DNA from: Mobula hypostoma
Lineage: Eukaryota
Direction: 5' to 3'
NCBI RefSeq assembly: GCF_963921235.1
Contig: NC_086107.1
Coordinates: 102,674,001 to 102,738,000 of the forward strand
DNA length: 64,000 nt
Part shown: piece after piece, positions 1 through 12,586 of the stretch
Position numbering within the stretch: position 1 is the stretch's first letter
How the letters are laid out: each line of letters starts with the position of its first letter
Translations under genes and position numbers: made by a program
Notes under the pieces: generated by a model
Database searches by the model: none
What the model was told of the DNA's origin: nothing
Seen by the model: only the letters and a program-made list of their open reading frames with translations

Positions 1-39
1 ACCACTCTCTGAGTGATGTACCCCCTCATTTATACAACA

Positions 40-285
40 CAGAGTAGGCTTTTCGAGCCGCGTTGACCCAGCAATCCCACGATTTAATCTGGGACAATTT
101 ACAGTGACCCATTAACCTGTCAACTGGTACATCTTTGGACTGTGGAGGAAACTGAAGCACCCGGAGGAAACCCACAGGGTCACGGGGAGAAGGTACAAAC
201 TCCTTCTGGGCGGCAGTGGGAATTGAACCCTTGGTCGTTGGTCCTGTAAAGCGTTGTGTTAGCCACTAAGTTACTGTGTTGCCCC
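40..285 (-). mobile_element. tRNA-derived HE1/V-SINE-like SINE
   Basis: Reverse complement shows A/B-box-like head (ggttcaattccc) and the central GGGTTTCCTCCGGGTGCT..GTTTCCTCC..CAGTCCAAAGA domain. Confidence 0.75.
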
Positions 286-489
286 TTAAACCCTTAAACC
301 ATGACTCAGTGGAAAAAAAGCCTGCTTCCATTTAGCTTATCTATGCCCCTCATAATTTTATATACAATTGCAGATGCTGCAGTTCTTCTCTTCGGTAAAG
401 TGTTTGCGACTTTCACTCTCAGGACTGAGACCACTTAATCCCCAGGTCAGGAATTATAGGCCTAAAGCCTACCTCCAGTGCTGGCTGAA

Positions 490-1345
490 GAAACATAGAA
501 ACCTACAGCACAATACAGGCCCTTCGGCCCACAAAGCTGTGCCCAACATGTTCTTATTTTAGAAATTATCTCAGGTTACCCATAGCCCTCTATTTTTCTG
601 AGCTCCATGTACCTATCTAGGAGTCTTTTAAAAGACCCTATGGTATTCACCTCCACCACCGTCGCTGGCAGCCCGTTCCATGCACTCATCACTCTCTGCG
701 TAAAAAAACTTATCCCTGACATCTCCTCTGTACCTACTTCCAAGCACCTTAAAACGGTACCTTCTCATGCTAGCCATTTCAGCTCTGGGGAAAAGCCTCT
801 GACTATCCACACAATCAATGCCTCTTATCAACTTACATGCCTCTCTCAGGTCACCTCTCATCCTCTGTCGCTCCAAGGAGAAAAGGCTGAGTTCACTCAA
901 CCTATTCTCATAAGCCATGCTCCCCAATCCAGGCAACACCCTTGTAAATCTATTCTGTTATCCTTTCTGTGGTTTCCACATCCTTCCTATGGTGAGGTGA
1001 CTGAACTGAGCACAGTACTCCAAGTGAGGTCTGACCAGGGTCCTATATAGCTGCAACATTACCTCTCGGCTCCTAAACTCAGTCCCACGATTGATGAAGG
1101 CCAATGCACAGAGTCTTAACCACAGAGTCAACCTGCGCGGTAGCTTTGAGTGTCCTATGGACTCGGACCACAATATCTTCCGACCCTCCACACTGCCAAG
1201 AGTCTTACCATTAATACTATATTCTGTCATCATATTTGACCTACCAAAATGAATTACCTAACACGGATCTGGGTTGAACTCCATTTGCCACTTCTCAGCC
1301 CAGTTTTGCATCCCATCAGTGTCCCACTGTAACCTCTGACAGCCC
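490..1345 (-). mobile_element. CR1-clade LINE, 5'-truncated ORF2 C-terminal fragment
   Basis: ORFs 958-1233 (LYRTLVRPHLEYCAQF) and 628-939 (MLPGL..RLSELSLFSLERQRMRGDL) are typical CR1 RT C-terminus, frameshifted. Confidence 0.9.
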
Positions 1346-2136
1346 TCCACACTATCCACAACCTTCACACTATCCATTATCACTATCCTCCACACTATCC
1401 ACAAGATCTAGTAAAAATTTACAACCTTTTAAGGCTGATAGAATATAACTTTTCCCATTACGATAAATGTAATAAGTCTGACTTAAATGTTGGAGTGTAG
1501 GTATAGATCTCTCCTGTACACTTACAAATGCTGCAATGAGTTAGGACTGAACTTCTACAGCTTTAAAATCTGTGCAAAATAATGGTTTTGCACCAGCTAC
1601 TCGATATTAAGAGTTAAAAACAGTCATGCTGACCTATTTTCACACTAAATCTTGTGACTGAAAAAAGTCAGAAAACGCTACAGATGAAGGAAATCTGAAA
1701 TACAAATGGAAAATGCCAAAAAATACAAAAATAAGAGTGAAGAAGAACTTTAGCTTCGTAGCACAGCTTCATTTGTTCTGATAGGTTGAATGAAGAGCAG
1801 TGAGCAGAAGCTTATGCAGTGCAAATACTGGCACTTATCTTTGGTTCTAGATAGTCTGTTAATTTTAGAGTAAATTTTGTTCAGGGTTATGATAGAGAGA
1901 ATGAGTATCAGTTTTTCAGGAGCTCAAGATAAATAATGACGATCATTTTTGTGCCTCACCAGTATCAAGACCAATGACACCAAACAACAACAAGGGCGTA
2001 TCAAGCAGCTTCCCTTTGGTGAGTCCCTTATGTTCATTACACCTTCTTTATTGCAGTTCGACTTATGTTTAGTCCAGGGAGCATATTGGTCCTGAAAACC
2101 TTTGATTGAATTAATTGTCACAAGCCTTTCCATCAG

Positions 2137-2231
2137 TTGCCTCCACGCATTTTACCGAAGTCTCTGAGCTGCGATTCAATCCTTTTGCGACCTTGATGAG
2201 CAAGGATGGAGGCCATGCCCAGATTTTGAAA
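2137..2231 (+). CDS. Candidate upstream coding exon of the ZC3H7 gene (..ASTHFTEVSELRFNPFATLMSKDGGHAQILK)
   Basis: Open frame ending AAA|gtgaga in phase 0, which fits the phase-0 start of exon 3830. Acceptor is either CAG (start 2137) or AAG (start 2125). No conserved motif recognised. Confidence 0.4.
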
Positions 2232-3829
2232 GTGAGACAATCTCAGTCCGTTCTCACCTGGTCGCCATTCTACCTGCTTTCTGGCAAAAGGCAGTAGGTA
2301 ATAGTCAGGGGCCACTGAGGTTCAAAGATCAAGCGATTCAGATTAATTCAGTTTTGGCGATGGGCATTTATTGAATGGGTGGTGATGGTACTTTCTTGTA
2401 ACTCTGTGGTCATTGTTCTCCCACAGTGCTGTTGGGTTATAGTTCCAGTATTTAGACTTGGTAATGATCAATGGACAGCAAGTTTTTTAAAGCAAAATGC
2501 TGGAGGAACTCAAAAGGGTCAGGCATCATCCACTCTGTATCTCAATAAATAAATCTGTGGAAATGAATAAACAATTGATGCTTCAGTCTGAGACCTTTCA
2601 CCAGGACTGGAAAGGAAGGGGGCAGGTCAAAGTAAGGGGTATTTTCATTTGATTTGATTTATTACTCTTCCAATTATTTCTTTTCGAAGTTTTAGATTTG
2701 ATCAGAAAGTCGTATCCTCAGAATGGACTACCCAGTCCCCGTTTTTCCCCCTCTTTTCTTATAGTGTAGTGTTTTTTTTCTTCTCCTTTAAAAAATTGTA
2801 AGTTTTTTTTCTCTCCCTATGAATTGATAAGAGGAGAATTAGTTGTCTTTATTATATATTACGCATTTGCTTAATACTATGTATGATTTTGATAATGTCT
2901 ATTTCACTTTCTGTTTGTATTGTTATTGATAATTATATTTGAGAAAATTCTCCTCTTGTTTGTATATATGCCCTTTCTAAATCAATAAAAAGATTAATAA
3001 AGGAAGAATGAATGTAGTTTAAAATAAAAAAAAGAAGCTGGGGGAGTAGAAGAGATACAAGTGAGAAGGTGATAGGTGAAGACGAATGAGGGAGGGGGGA
3101 TGAAGTAAGAAGCTGGGAAGTGGAGAAGGAATCTGACAGGAGAGGAGAGTGGACCATGAGTGAAGGGGAAGGAGGGGGAGGTGATTATGCAGGTGAGGAG
3201 AAGACAAGGGCCAGAGTGGGGAAATGAAGAGCGGGGAGGGAGAAATTTTCAGCTTTCCACACCTGATGGAAATTGGTAGTGAAGGATTGGGGTGGATTTG
3301 CTGTCAGAGTCCACCTAAGTAAGAGTCATGGTCACCATCCAGACCCTGCTGTCTTCTCATTGGGCAGGAAGTGCAGGAGCCTTGGGTCCCACTCCCCCAA
3401 GTTCTGGAACAGTTATCACCCCTCAACTGCCAGGCTCCTGAATCAGAGTGGATAACTTCATTCACCTCAACTCTGAACTGAAATCACAACCTATGCACTT
3501 GCTTTCAAGGACTCCACAACTCACGTTCTCATTAGTTAGTTATTTATTATGTTGTTTTATCTTTTTATATTTTGCACATTGGTTGTTTGTGCATCTCTGT
3601 TTGTGTGTTGTTTTTCATTGATTCTATTGTGTCTCTTTGTATTTACTGTGAATGCCCGCAAGAAAATTAATCACAAGGTAGCGTGCGGTGACATGTATGT
3701 ACTTTGGTAATAAAATTTACTATGTACTTTGTACAATGTGAGCCATCAGACAACAGTAGTCTGCAGGAGAGTGTAAGGAGATCCAGAATTTTGCTCCTTC
3801 CTAACGATCACCCCCTCTTTCTGCGTCAG

Positions 3830-3989
3830 GTTAAGCAAGTGAACTGCCTGCCTGCATCAACCCACCCTGCGGCTCTACTTGGATTAGTGCAAAGAGGCAG
3901 TGAAGCAACCCCGTCGCCGTTGACAAAGAACCCACTCAGCGATACGCACAATCTGCGCCAGGCCTGCTCCACCTGCTTCGTAAAATCAG
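3830..3989 (+). CDS. ZC3H7A: ZC3H7 coding exon (VKQVNC...NPLSDTHNLRQACSTCFVKSG)
   Basis: ctaac branch point at 3801, pyrimidine tract, cag|GTT acceptor, G|gtaaag donor (phase 1). NPL..TH..RQAC..CFVKSG resembles the recalled ZC3H7A sequence. Confidence 0.88.
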
Positions 3990-4789
3990 GTAAAGAAAGC
4001 GCTGTGGCTAGATTCCTGATGCTCAACATTGGGCCTGCTGGTTGATGGGCTGCTAACAGTCAGCGGATCGTAGAGTCACAGAAAAGTACAGCACAGAGAC
4101 AGCTCATCTAACCCGTGCCAAAGCATTTAAACCGTCTAGTCCCATCAAACTGCATCCAGACCACAGACCTCCACACCCCTCCCATCATGTACCTATTCAA
4201 ACTTCTCTTAAAAGTTGAAATTGAGCTTGCATGCACCACTTGCACTGGCAGCTCATTCCACACTCTCTCCATCCTCTGGGTGAAGAAGTTTCCCCTTAAA
4301 CTTTTCACCTTTCACGCTTAACCCATCACCTAGTTGTAGCCCCTCCCGAACCTCAGTCTAAAAATCCTGCTTGTGGGTACTCTGTCTATACCCCTCATAA
4401 TTTTGTATACCTCCATCAATCTTCCAAGGAATGAAGTCCGAACCTACTCAATCTTTCCATATAACTCAGGTCCTCCAGTTCCAGAAACATACTTGTAAAT
4501 TTCCTCTGTACTCTTTCATCCTTATTTACATTCTTATGAGATCTTATGATGATAGGTCTGATTGCCTGTCATTTCCAAGACATGAAGCATGTACATACTG
4601 CTGGGCTGCAGGGTACAGCTCTGGCTGTAAGGTTGGGATTCAATTCCCACTGCTGTCTGTAAGAAGCTTATATGTTCTCCAAGTGACCACACGGGTTTCC
4701 TCCACATACTCTGGTTTCCCCTCTCACTCCAAAGGCGTACGGGTTAGGGTTAGTGTTAGTGAGAATCAGAATCAGGTTTAATATCTCCG

Positions 4790-5270
4790 GCATATGTTGT
4801 GAAACTTGTTGCTTTTTCTTGCCCTTTCTGAAGTCCGCAATCAGTTCTTTGGTCTTAACTAACATTGAGTGCAAGGCTGTTGCTATGACATCACTCAACT
4901 AGCTGACCCATCTTGCTCCTGTACGCCTTCTTGTCACCGTCTCAAATTTGGCCAACAAGAGCTGTGTCATCAGCAAACTTATAGATGGCATTTGAGCGGT
5001 GCCTAGCTACACAGTCATGGGTGTAGAGAGAGTAAAGCAGTGGGTTAAGTGCACGTCCCTGAGGTGTGCCAGTGTTGATTGTCAGCAAAGTGGAGATGTT
5101 ATTTCTGATCCGCACAGACTAAGATCTTCCGGTGAAGAAGTCAAGGATCCATTTGCAGAGGGACGTACATAGGCCCAAGTTTTGGAGCTTTTCAATCAGA
5201 GCTGTAGGAATGATTGTGTTAAACACTGAGATATAGTCAATAAACAGCATCCTGGCATAAGTATTAGTGA
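4790..5270 (-). mobile_element. Rex1/Babar-like LINE RT fragment
   Basis: [29 protein letters not shown] and KTKELIADFRK motifs. Confidence 0.75.
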
Positions 5271-6557
5271 ATTGTGAACATGCAGTGTTGGTGCCAGAAG
5301 TACGGTGTTCACTTGCCCGACACAATCCTCGCTGATTTGATGCAAACAACGCATTTCACTGTGTGCTTCAATGTACCTGTGAAAAATAAAACTAATTTTT
5401 ATCTGATAGGACAATAAACTCAGCACTATCCAATATTCGGTAGCAATGTACTACAGGTGACTATGCTAACGAGTGGGGGAAAAATAAGTGGAGTTGTCAT
5501 TATTGAAGAGAGGGGAATTCTGACTTGCTCCACAGTAGGGTTTTGCTGTTTTTTTCAAAATGTACTGCATTTAATATTGGTTTCACTGGTAGTACAGGTG
5601 GACACTAACTAGTTTTCCTCAGAAAGGATTACTCTTGTCTAATATCCATTAATCACAGATGGCAGTATTAGCTGAGAAACACCAGGCATCCATTAGGCAA
5701 TGGAGGGAATCATAGAGGTGAGTGTGAAAAACTGATGGTGTTGCAACTCAAGTAGCTAACGAGCTGCATTTGTAGTTGCCTAGACTCTGACCCGCTTTTA
5801 GGGTCTTATGCCATTTCATTGAAGCCCAGTGGTATAGTTCCTCATCTACTGACTAGACATGTTACAGGCTCGGAGCTCGACATTGGATCAACGATGTCAT
5901 ATAACCGGCCTTTCCAGGTTGGTGTCAGAACTGTACAGTCTTGGTACATAGACATCAATCTCTAACCTTAACCCTGTTTTTCTTTCTGTACAGATTCTGC
6001 CTAACCTGCTGGGTATTTGTCTGTTTTACATGTTTCAGCAAATGCTGTGTTTTATGTCCCACACATCCCACATTTTTTGTTTCTTTCTCTCTGCATTCAC
6101 GTTCATCTCCCTGTATTTCCAGCCTGTCAGGACAGACCAGTTGTAGTCAGCAAGCCTTTTTCACCTTCTCTCAGCGCCATCTGTGTCATTAAGCTTCCCT
6201 TGGCCTCCACCTTTCTGCAGACATTCCCTTTGTTCTCTCCACCTCTCTCCTTCCTCTGCAACTTTAAACATGTTTGTTTTCTAACATTTGCAAGTTCAAA
6301 TCTCTCATTCCCCCCGTACAGATGCTGCCTGATCTGCTGAGTTATTTTGGCATTTTCTGTTCATCTTTGATCACCTCTATTTTGGGTCAGCAGATGGTGC
6401 TACGTTGGACTGCATTCTGATGCCAGGAGTAGTCCCACATACCTGGAAGAGAATGAAAGCTTCACCAAAAAAAAAATGATGCAGTTTATATCAACTAGGA
6501 GAGACCGAATTAGAAGTGGTTGATACTCTTTGGAATTATATAAAAAGATGAGAGTGA

Positions 6558-6835
6558 GGCAGCACAGTAGTGTAGTGGTTAGCACAACGCTTTGATGTAC
6601 AGGCAACCCAGGGTCAATTCCCGTCACTGCCTGTAAGGAGTTTGTACGTTCTCCCCGTTACCGCCTGGGTTTCCTCCGGGTGCTCCGGTTTCCTCCCACA
6701 GTCCAAAGACGTACCGGTTGGTAGGTTAATTGGTCATTGTCAATTGTCCCGTGACTAGGCTAGGGTTAAACTGAGGCGTTGCTGGGCAGCGTGACTCGAA
6801 GGGCTGAAAAGACCTATTCCACGCTGTATCTCAAT
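6558..6835 (+). mobile_element. tRNA-derived HE1/V-SINE-like SINE (further copies near 19290-19565, 26165-26390, 42890-43200, 55845-56180 on +; 56750-57020 on -)
   Basis: A-box TAGTGTAGTGG, B-box-like GGTCAATTCC, V-domain GGGTTTCCTCCGGGTGCTCCGGTTTCCTCCCACAGTCCAAAGAC, CR1-like 3' tail and A-rich end. Confidence 0.85.
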
Positions 6836-7315
6836 AAAAAATTAAAATATGTTTTTTAAGTGTTTGAAATTCCCGAGAGTTAGATGGTGTACCTGAGAGT
6901 TGGATGGTGAAAGGTTTTTTTCCTCTCTCTAGCTGAAGAGTCCAGAACCAGGAAATGGTGAACCTAAGGGATGGGGCACGTGTGACTGAGATGAGATGAT
7001 TTTCACTTGGTAGGCTGAGGATCATTCTCAACCCTAGAGGGCTGAAAATGATCGGTTCAAGGCTGAAGTACTTAGATTCCTGGACACACAAGGGTTAGGG
7101 AGACATGAATCCTTGAGGAAAACTGGATGAGATGCAGTTTTTTTTTATCTATGATTTTATTTGAAAGATGATGCGTGTTTTATATGGTTTACCTGTCTTC
7201 CCATTCCCAATGTTTTAAAATCCATTTGTTTGTACCAGTTTCCCGACCTTGTCCTATTACGCCAACTTTGGTCTAATTACGTTTTTTTCTCCCCGTGTGT
7301 TTTGTCTTTTTTTAG

Positions 7316-7477
7316 GAGCTAAGGCATTAGATTTCACTTATAACCCTGACCTAGATCATAAATGTAAAAAAGATCTTTTGATTGGAAGACTGAACAATTC
7401 AACGGACTCACGATGGAAGAAAATCAGGCCCAGACCTACCCGGAATAATTATGGAGGACCATACTACTTGTGTAACG
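7316..7477 (+). CDS. ZC3H7A: ZC3H7 coding exon (AKALDFTY...HKCKKDLLIGR...WKKIRPRPTRNNYGGPYYLCN)
   Basis: T-rich tag|GA acceptor, G|gtatgg donor, phase 1/1. WKKIRPRPT is a ZC3H7A/B motif. Confidence 0.95.
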
Positions 7478-7649
7478 GTATGGTCGGGCACGTAATTCCA
7501 TTCTACTTATAAGGGAGACCTAAACCAGCGGTTGTACATATGCAGTATACAACAGTAACTTATAAATGCAAAACTGAAATGAAATAGTTTAAATAAGAAT
7601 TGGCTGCTGCTGGAATAATTCTGTTGAACAGTGTGGAGAAGTGTACGGT

Positions 7650-8640
7650 CATACTCTTTGGTAGAAGGAATGAAAGCATAGATTATTTTTAAACGAGGAA
7701 CAAATTCCTAAAGTGCAAAGGGTTTTGGGAGTCCTTATGCAGGATTCCCTAAAGGTTAAGTTGCTGGTTGAGTTGGGAGTAGGGAAAGCAAATGGAATGT
7801 TAGCATTCACTTCGAGAGGACTAGGATAGGAAAACAAGGATGTAATACTGAGGCTTTATAAGGCATTGGTCAGACCATATTTGGAGTACTGTGAGCAGTT
7901 TTGGCCCCCGTATCTAGGAAAGGATGTGCTGACATTGGAAAGAGTCCTCTGGAGGTTTACAAGAATAACTCTGGGAAATGAAAGGGTTAACATATGAAGA
8001 GTGTTTGTTGGTTCTGGGCCTGTACTTGCTGGAGTTTAGAAGAATGAAGAGGGATCTCATTGAAACCTCCAAATATTAAAAGGCCTAGATACAATCCAGG
8101 ATAAGTCTAGGACCAGTAGGTTCAGCCTCTGAATAGGAAGATGTCCCTTTAGAGCAGAGATGAGGAGGGATTTCTTTAGCCAGAGGTTGAGAAATCTGTT
8201 GAGTTCATTGCCATAGACAGCTGTGGAGGCCAAGACTTTGGGTATAATTAAAGTGGAGGTTGATAGTATTGTGTATTTGATATTTCAGTCATACTTGAGT
8301 AATCTTTTATATATAGTTTGATTAAGTATTTTTGTTTGTTTAAACAAAATTAATTACAGGTTATACATCATCACGCTACCATGTGATGTGTGCGTGCCCC
8401 ACTTAAAATAAAGAAGATAGACTCGTTTCTGCAGACTCTCATGCCTTCCCTTGAATTAGTTCAATGTTTTGAAGTTACAAAAGATAACAAGTAGCTTCTT
8501 GGTTAATCAGGGCATCAAATGTTATGGGGTGAAAGCAGGCGAATGGGCTTGGGTGTGATAATAAATCAGCCACAATCGAATGGTGGAGCAAACTCGATGG
8601 GCTGAATGGCCTAATTATGCTCCTATGTCTTATGACCTTA
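7650..8640 (+). mobile_element. Degenerate CR1 LINE 3' end, interrupted by an insertion at about 8270-8510
   Basis: LYKALVRPYLEYCEQFW-like sequence near 7855-7905; CR1 3' UTR ending cctatgtcttatg. Confidence 0.8.
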
Positions 8641-8963
8641 AGACAATGCTTTAAGAAGAAGTTGGATCACTGTTCTGTATTAACTCAACTGTCTTTGCTG
8701 AACCAAGCTCAGAGTTCGTGGTAGGAAGACGATAGAAATTTAAGAAAGGCCCAGGGAGTGTTTCTGGCTCAACAAAAATCCACAGGTGTGTGGATGTGTG
8801 AGAGGCAGAATCCACTAATTATTGTTGTAAAAGTGGTATTGAAAAACACAAGATGCTGGGAATGCACAACAGGTTAGGAGGCATCTGTGGGGAGAGAGAG
8901 AGAGAGGGTTAATATTTCAAGTCCATGATGTTAAGAAATACCCAGCCTACTGAATATCTGCAG

Positions 8964-9171
8964 CACACATAAAATTTGCTGGTGAACGCAGCAGGCCAGG
9001 CAGCATCTCTAGGAAGAGGTGCAGTCGACGTTTCAGGCCGAGACCCTTCGTCAGGAAACGTCGACTGCACCTCTTCCTAGAAATGCTGCCTGGCCTGCTG
9101 CGTTCACCAGCAACTTTTATGTGCATTGCTTGAATTTCCAGCATCTGCAGAATTCCTGTTCTTTGTGTTTT
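8964..9171. mobile_element. Fold-back Penelope-derived element with 13-bp TSD
   Basis: Inverted arms around a short loop; tgaatatctgcag repeated at 8951-8963 and 9172-9184. Confidence 0.8.
9022..9056 (-). ncRNA. Minimal hammerhead ribozyme core (Penelope-associated); 5' strand of stem I displaced
   Basis: Minus strand reads CUGACGA-AGG gucucgg CCU-GAAAC-GUC-gacug. Confidence 0.6.
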
Positions 9172-11059
9172 TGAATATCTGCAGTGTTGTCTGCTAATGA
9201 AGTACTATTGATTTGCGGTTCCTGTTCTGTTTTTGGAAGGTTGGTAGTCAATTTGCCACCCACAATCTGCAATATGATTATAACCACATAATTTGCTGTA
9301 TTTGTATATAGTGAAGATAAATATTAACGAGGATGCTTAAGGAGAGAATCCCCACCCCCTTTACAAATAGTGCTATGGGATCTTTTTATGGGAGTAGACG
9401 GCACATTATTTCAACATCTTTGCCCAAAGGTACACCCTCCATGCACTGTTTTTTGTGCTGGTCTGGTGCAGGACTTAAACCTTCTGATTCAGAAGCAGGA
9501 GCTAACTCGCTTTGTCACAGCTGATACCTCCAAATAGAGTCATAGAGCCACACAGCATGGAAAACAAGCCATTCAGTCCAACTCGTCCATCCTAGCCAAA
9601 TTGTCCAACTGAGCTAGTCCCGTTAACCTGCATTTGGCCCCTCCTCAAACTGTCCCTTTCCATTCACCTGTCCAAATCTCATAATTGTACCCATTTCTAC
9701 CACTTCCTTTGTGGAAAAGACTAGAGCAATTGAAGTCTTTTTTTGCTGATGAATGCCATCAGAACTTGTAAGGATCAATATTTATTCTGCAGAATGATGT
9801 AAGTATACACATCCATACTCTGGTCATTCTACAGGTGCACTTAGAGAGCATCCTAACAAGCTGCATCACTGCTTAGTAAGGAACCTGCATCGCGGCAGTC
9901 AGGAAGACTCTACAACGGGTAGAGCCCAACACCAGCACCACCCTACCCGCCATCAAAGACATATATACAGAAAAGCGCTGGAAGAGGCCCAGTAACAACA
10001 TGAAGGATCCCACCCACCCTGCTCATGGACTGTTTGTCCCACTCCCATCATGGAGGAAGCTACGTAGCATCCACACCAGGACCTCTAGACTCCAAAAACC
10101 AGTTACCTTCCCCAAGCAGTAAGACTGATCAACACCTCCACTCACTAACTCCACCAAGACTTTATTATTTCCCATCAGTCACTTCATGTACAGTCTAGCG
10201 TCACTTTACAGACATAAAAGCTATGTAGATACAGTACATAAGCTATCTTATGTACTTATATTTATGATGTGTTATTATTATTGTAGAAATTTATTTTTCC
10301 TCAGCTCAAGCTGGTAAAAATCTGAAGTATTGAAGCACACTCATTTCTCCATTGCTATGTTCCCCGTTGCTTGGAACTCTCAGTGAGCCGTGTTCTTCCC
10401 TGTCATTTCTGTAACCTGCTCTGGTCTTTTTGTGTTTCCCTAATTTTAATAGACTATTCTAGTGGTGTTTAGTATTGTGGCATTCTGAAGATTTACATAG
10501 ATATTGCTGAGTAATCCTAATTGTTTAATACTATTGTGTAGTGACTTTGGAATGATACCTGTTGTAGACATTACCATCAGGACAATATATACCCTGTTCA
10601 TATTTCATAGTCTTACAATTTCCTCTTTTAATTGTGCATATTTCTGGTGTTTTTCACTTCTTGATTTCTGTAAGTTATGTGTGTTTGGAATGGCCATATC
10701 TACTGAGTAAGTTGTCCTTGCCTGTCTATTCTTTATGGTTATTATTTGTGCTGCATCAGATCCAGAGTAACGATGATTTTGTTCTTCTTACATTTGTGTA
10801 CAGGAAACAACATTAAACAATCTTGAATCTTCTGAGAGAGTTGTGGTGTTCAATGGTTTTCACAACAGGATAGATTATCAATACCCACTGATAATGTGCT
10901 AACCTGTAGAGTAGTGACTTGAGAATGTACTGGTTGCAGAAGTTAATCCCTTTTGGGAATAGAGATGGGTAAATTGACGGAAAGCGGGAAAAGGGTGACA
11001 GATCATAGTGTGAAACATAATCAATTCATGAAGATGTTCTCAATTTTTTTTACTTGCAG

Positions 11060-11265
11060 ATATAGTGAGTAAGGGGGAATGCAAGTTTGGAGATCGCTGT
11101 ACGTTTGCGTACAGTCAGGAGGAGATAGATGTTTGGACACTGGAGCGTAAAGGGGCAATAAACCGCGAGCTACTCTTCGATCCACTTGGGGGTGATACCA
11201 GATGCAGCCTCACGGTAGCTAAGCTGCTGAAGGAACATCTTGGCCACTTTATGTACCTTTGTGAG
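11060..11265 (+). CDS. ZC3H7A: ZC3H7 coding exon completing the degenerate C-x7-C-x5-C-x3-Y finger (DIVSKGECKFGDRCTFAYSQEEIDVWTLERKG...YLCE)
   Basis: ttgcag|AT acceptor, GAG|gtgaga donor, phase 1/0. Motif CTFAY.QEEIDVWT.ERKG. Confidence 0.95.
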
Positions 11266-12586
11266 GTGAGATACCGTAGCACAAGTGCATGCCTCTTAAT
11301 GCCAACATCTCTTTGCTCTATTTCAATTAACGCAACACCTCAATGTTATGTTCCCTGTGGCTTGGATCTCTCAGTGAGCCCTATTTATCTCTGTAACCTG
11401 CTCTGGTCTTTTTGTGCGTCCCTGATTTTAATATTTCCCAATGTTTCCAACTCCCATGGCTTGGAGCTATAAAAACTTCCCCCTAAAGCTCTGCCTGTCT
11501 ACCTTTCTCTTTTTCTATCTCACTTCAGCTGCAATGCTCATTAAAATATACCTTCCTGATGAGGTTTATCTATCCTGGTACTTCCTTCTTTGGTGTCTTA
11601 AGTGTATTCATTAGTAATAATCATGATCATTACTTTGCTATGTAAGTGGTGCCTAATAAATACAAGTTGTTACTGGTTCACTTGTCAGTCCATTACCAAA
11701 TATAGAGCACCGAACATTCAACCTATTCTACCAGTTTTTAACTATACACTCTTCTTCCTTTTATTATCTAACTTTTGCCTTTTCCCTCATGTATTTGTGT
11801 AGCTTTCCCCTTAAATAAATAGTGCCAGTTGGCACTGTATATATCATATCAAAAACTTTTGTGTCTAAACACCAAGCACAAAGCAGTCATAATCGGGCTT
11901 GCGTTCCCAAGCCACACGCACAAAGGGAGCTGGAGGAACTCGGCAGGTCAGACGGCATCTACGGAGGGAAATGGACAGTCAACGTTTTGGGTCGGGACCC
12001 TTCATCACTGAAGCAGCGCCATAGGACCCTTCACCGCCGACCTGAAATGTCAACTGTCCATTTTCCTCCATAACCCGCTGTGTTCCTCCAGCACAGTTTG
12101 TGTGTTGCTACAGGTCTCCAGTATCTGCAGTCTTTTGTGTTTTCATTCCTAATACTGCCTTCTTTTTATTGTGACTTTAGAATGTGCTCAGAACATCTCT
12201 CCATCCCTGGCATTCCCTGCCATAAGGGTGGATGCTGAGTGAATGAGTATATTAGGGGCTGAGACTCATAGGTTTTCAGACACTACGGAGATACTGTTAG
12301 GACTTCCTCTGTTAGCGTACAGACACACTAATTCTCATCGGGACCATAAATGCCACGTGGGCTATTGCTGCAGGTGATAGGTTAATGTGACGTACATTTT
12401 ATGTAGTACCAGCTTTGGGAGAAGTGGGGCTTTTTGAAGCAATTCTAGTGGCATAGAGATGAAATCTCCATGGCAGCTCCAGTACCATATAGATTGTGTG
12501 TAAGCATGAGGAAGTTGGTAGATGCTGGAAATCCAAAGCAACACGGGGGGGCGATCTCAGCAGGTCAGGCAGCAGCTATGGAGATT

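Noticed and set aside
7469..11112. First zinc finger ends in Tyr rather than His (CTFAY), suggesting loss of function
   Set aside because: As I recall, human ZC3H7A and ZC3H7B also have CTFAY here, so it is a family trait.
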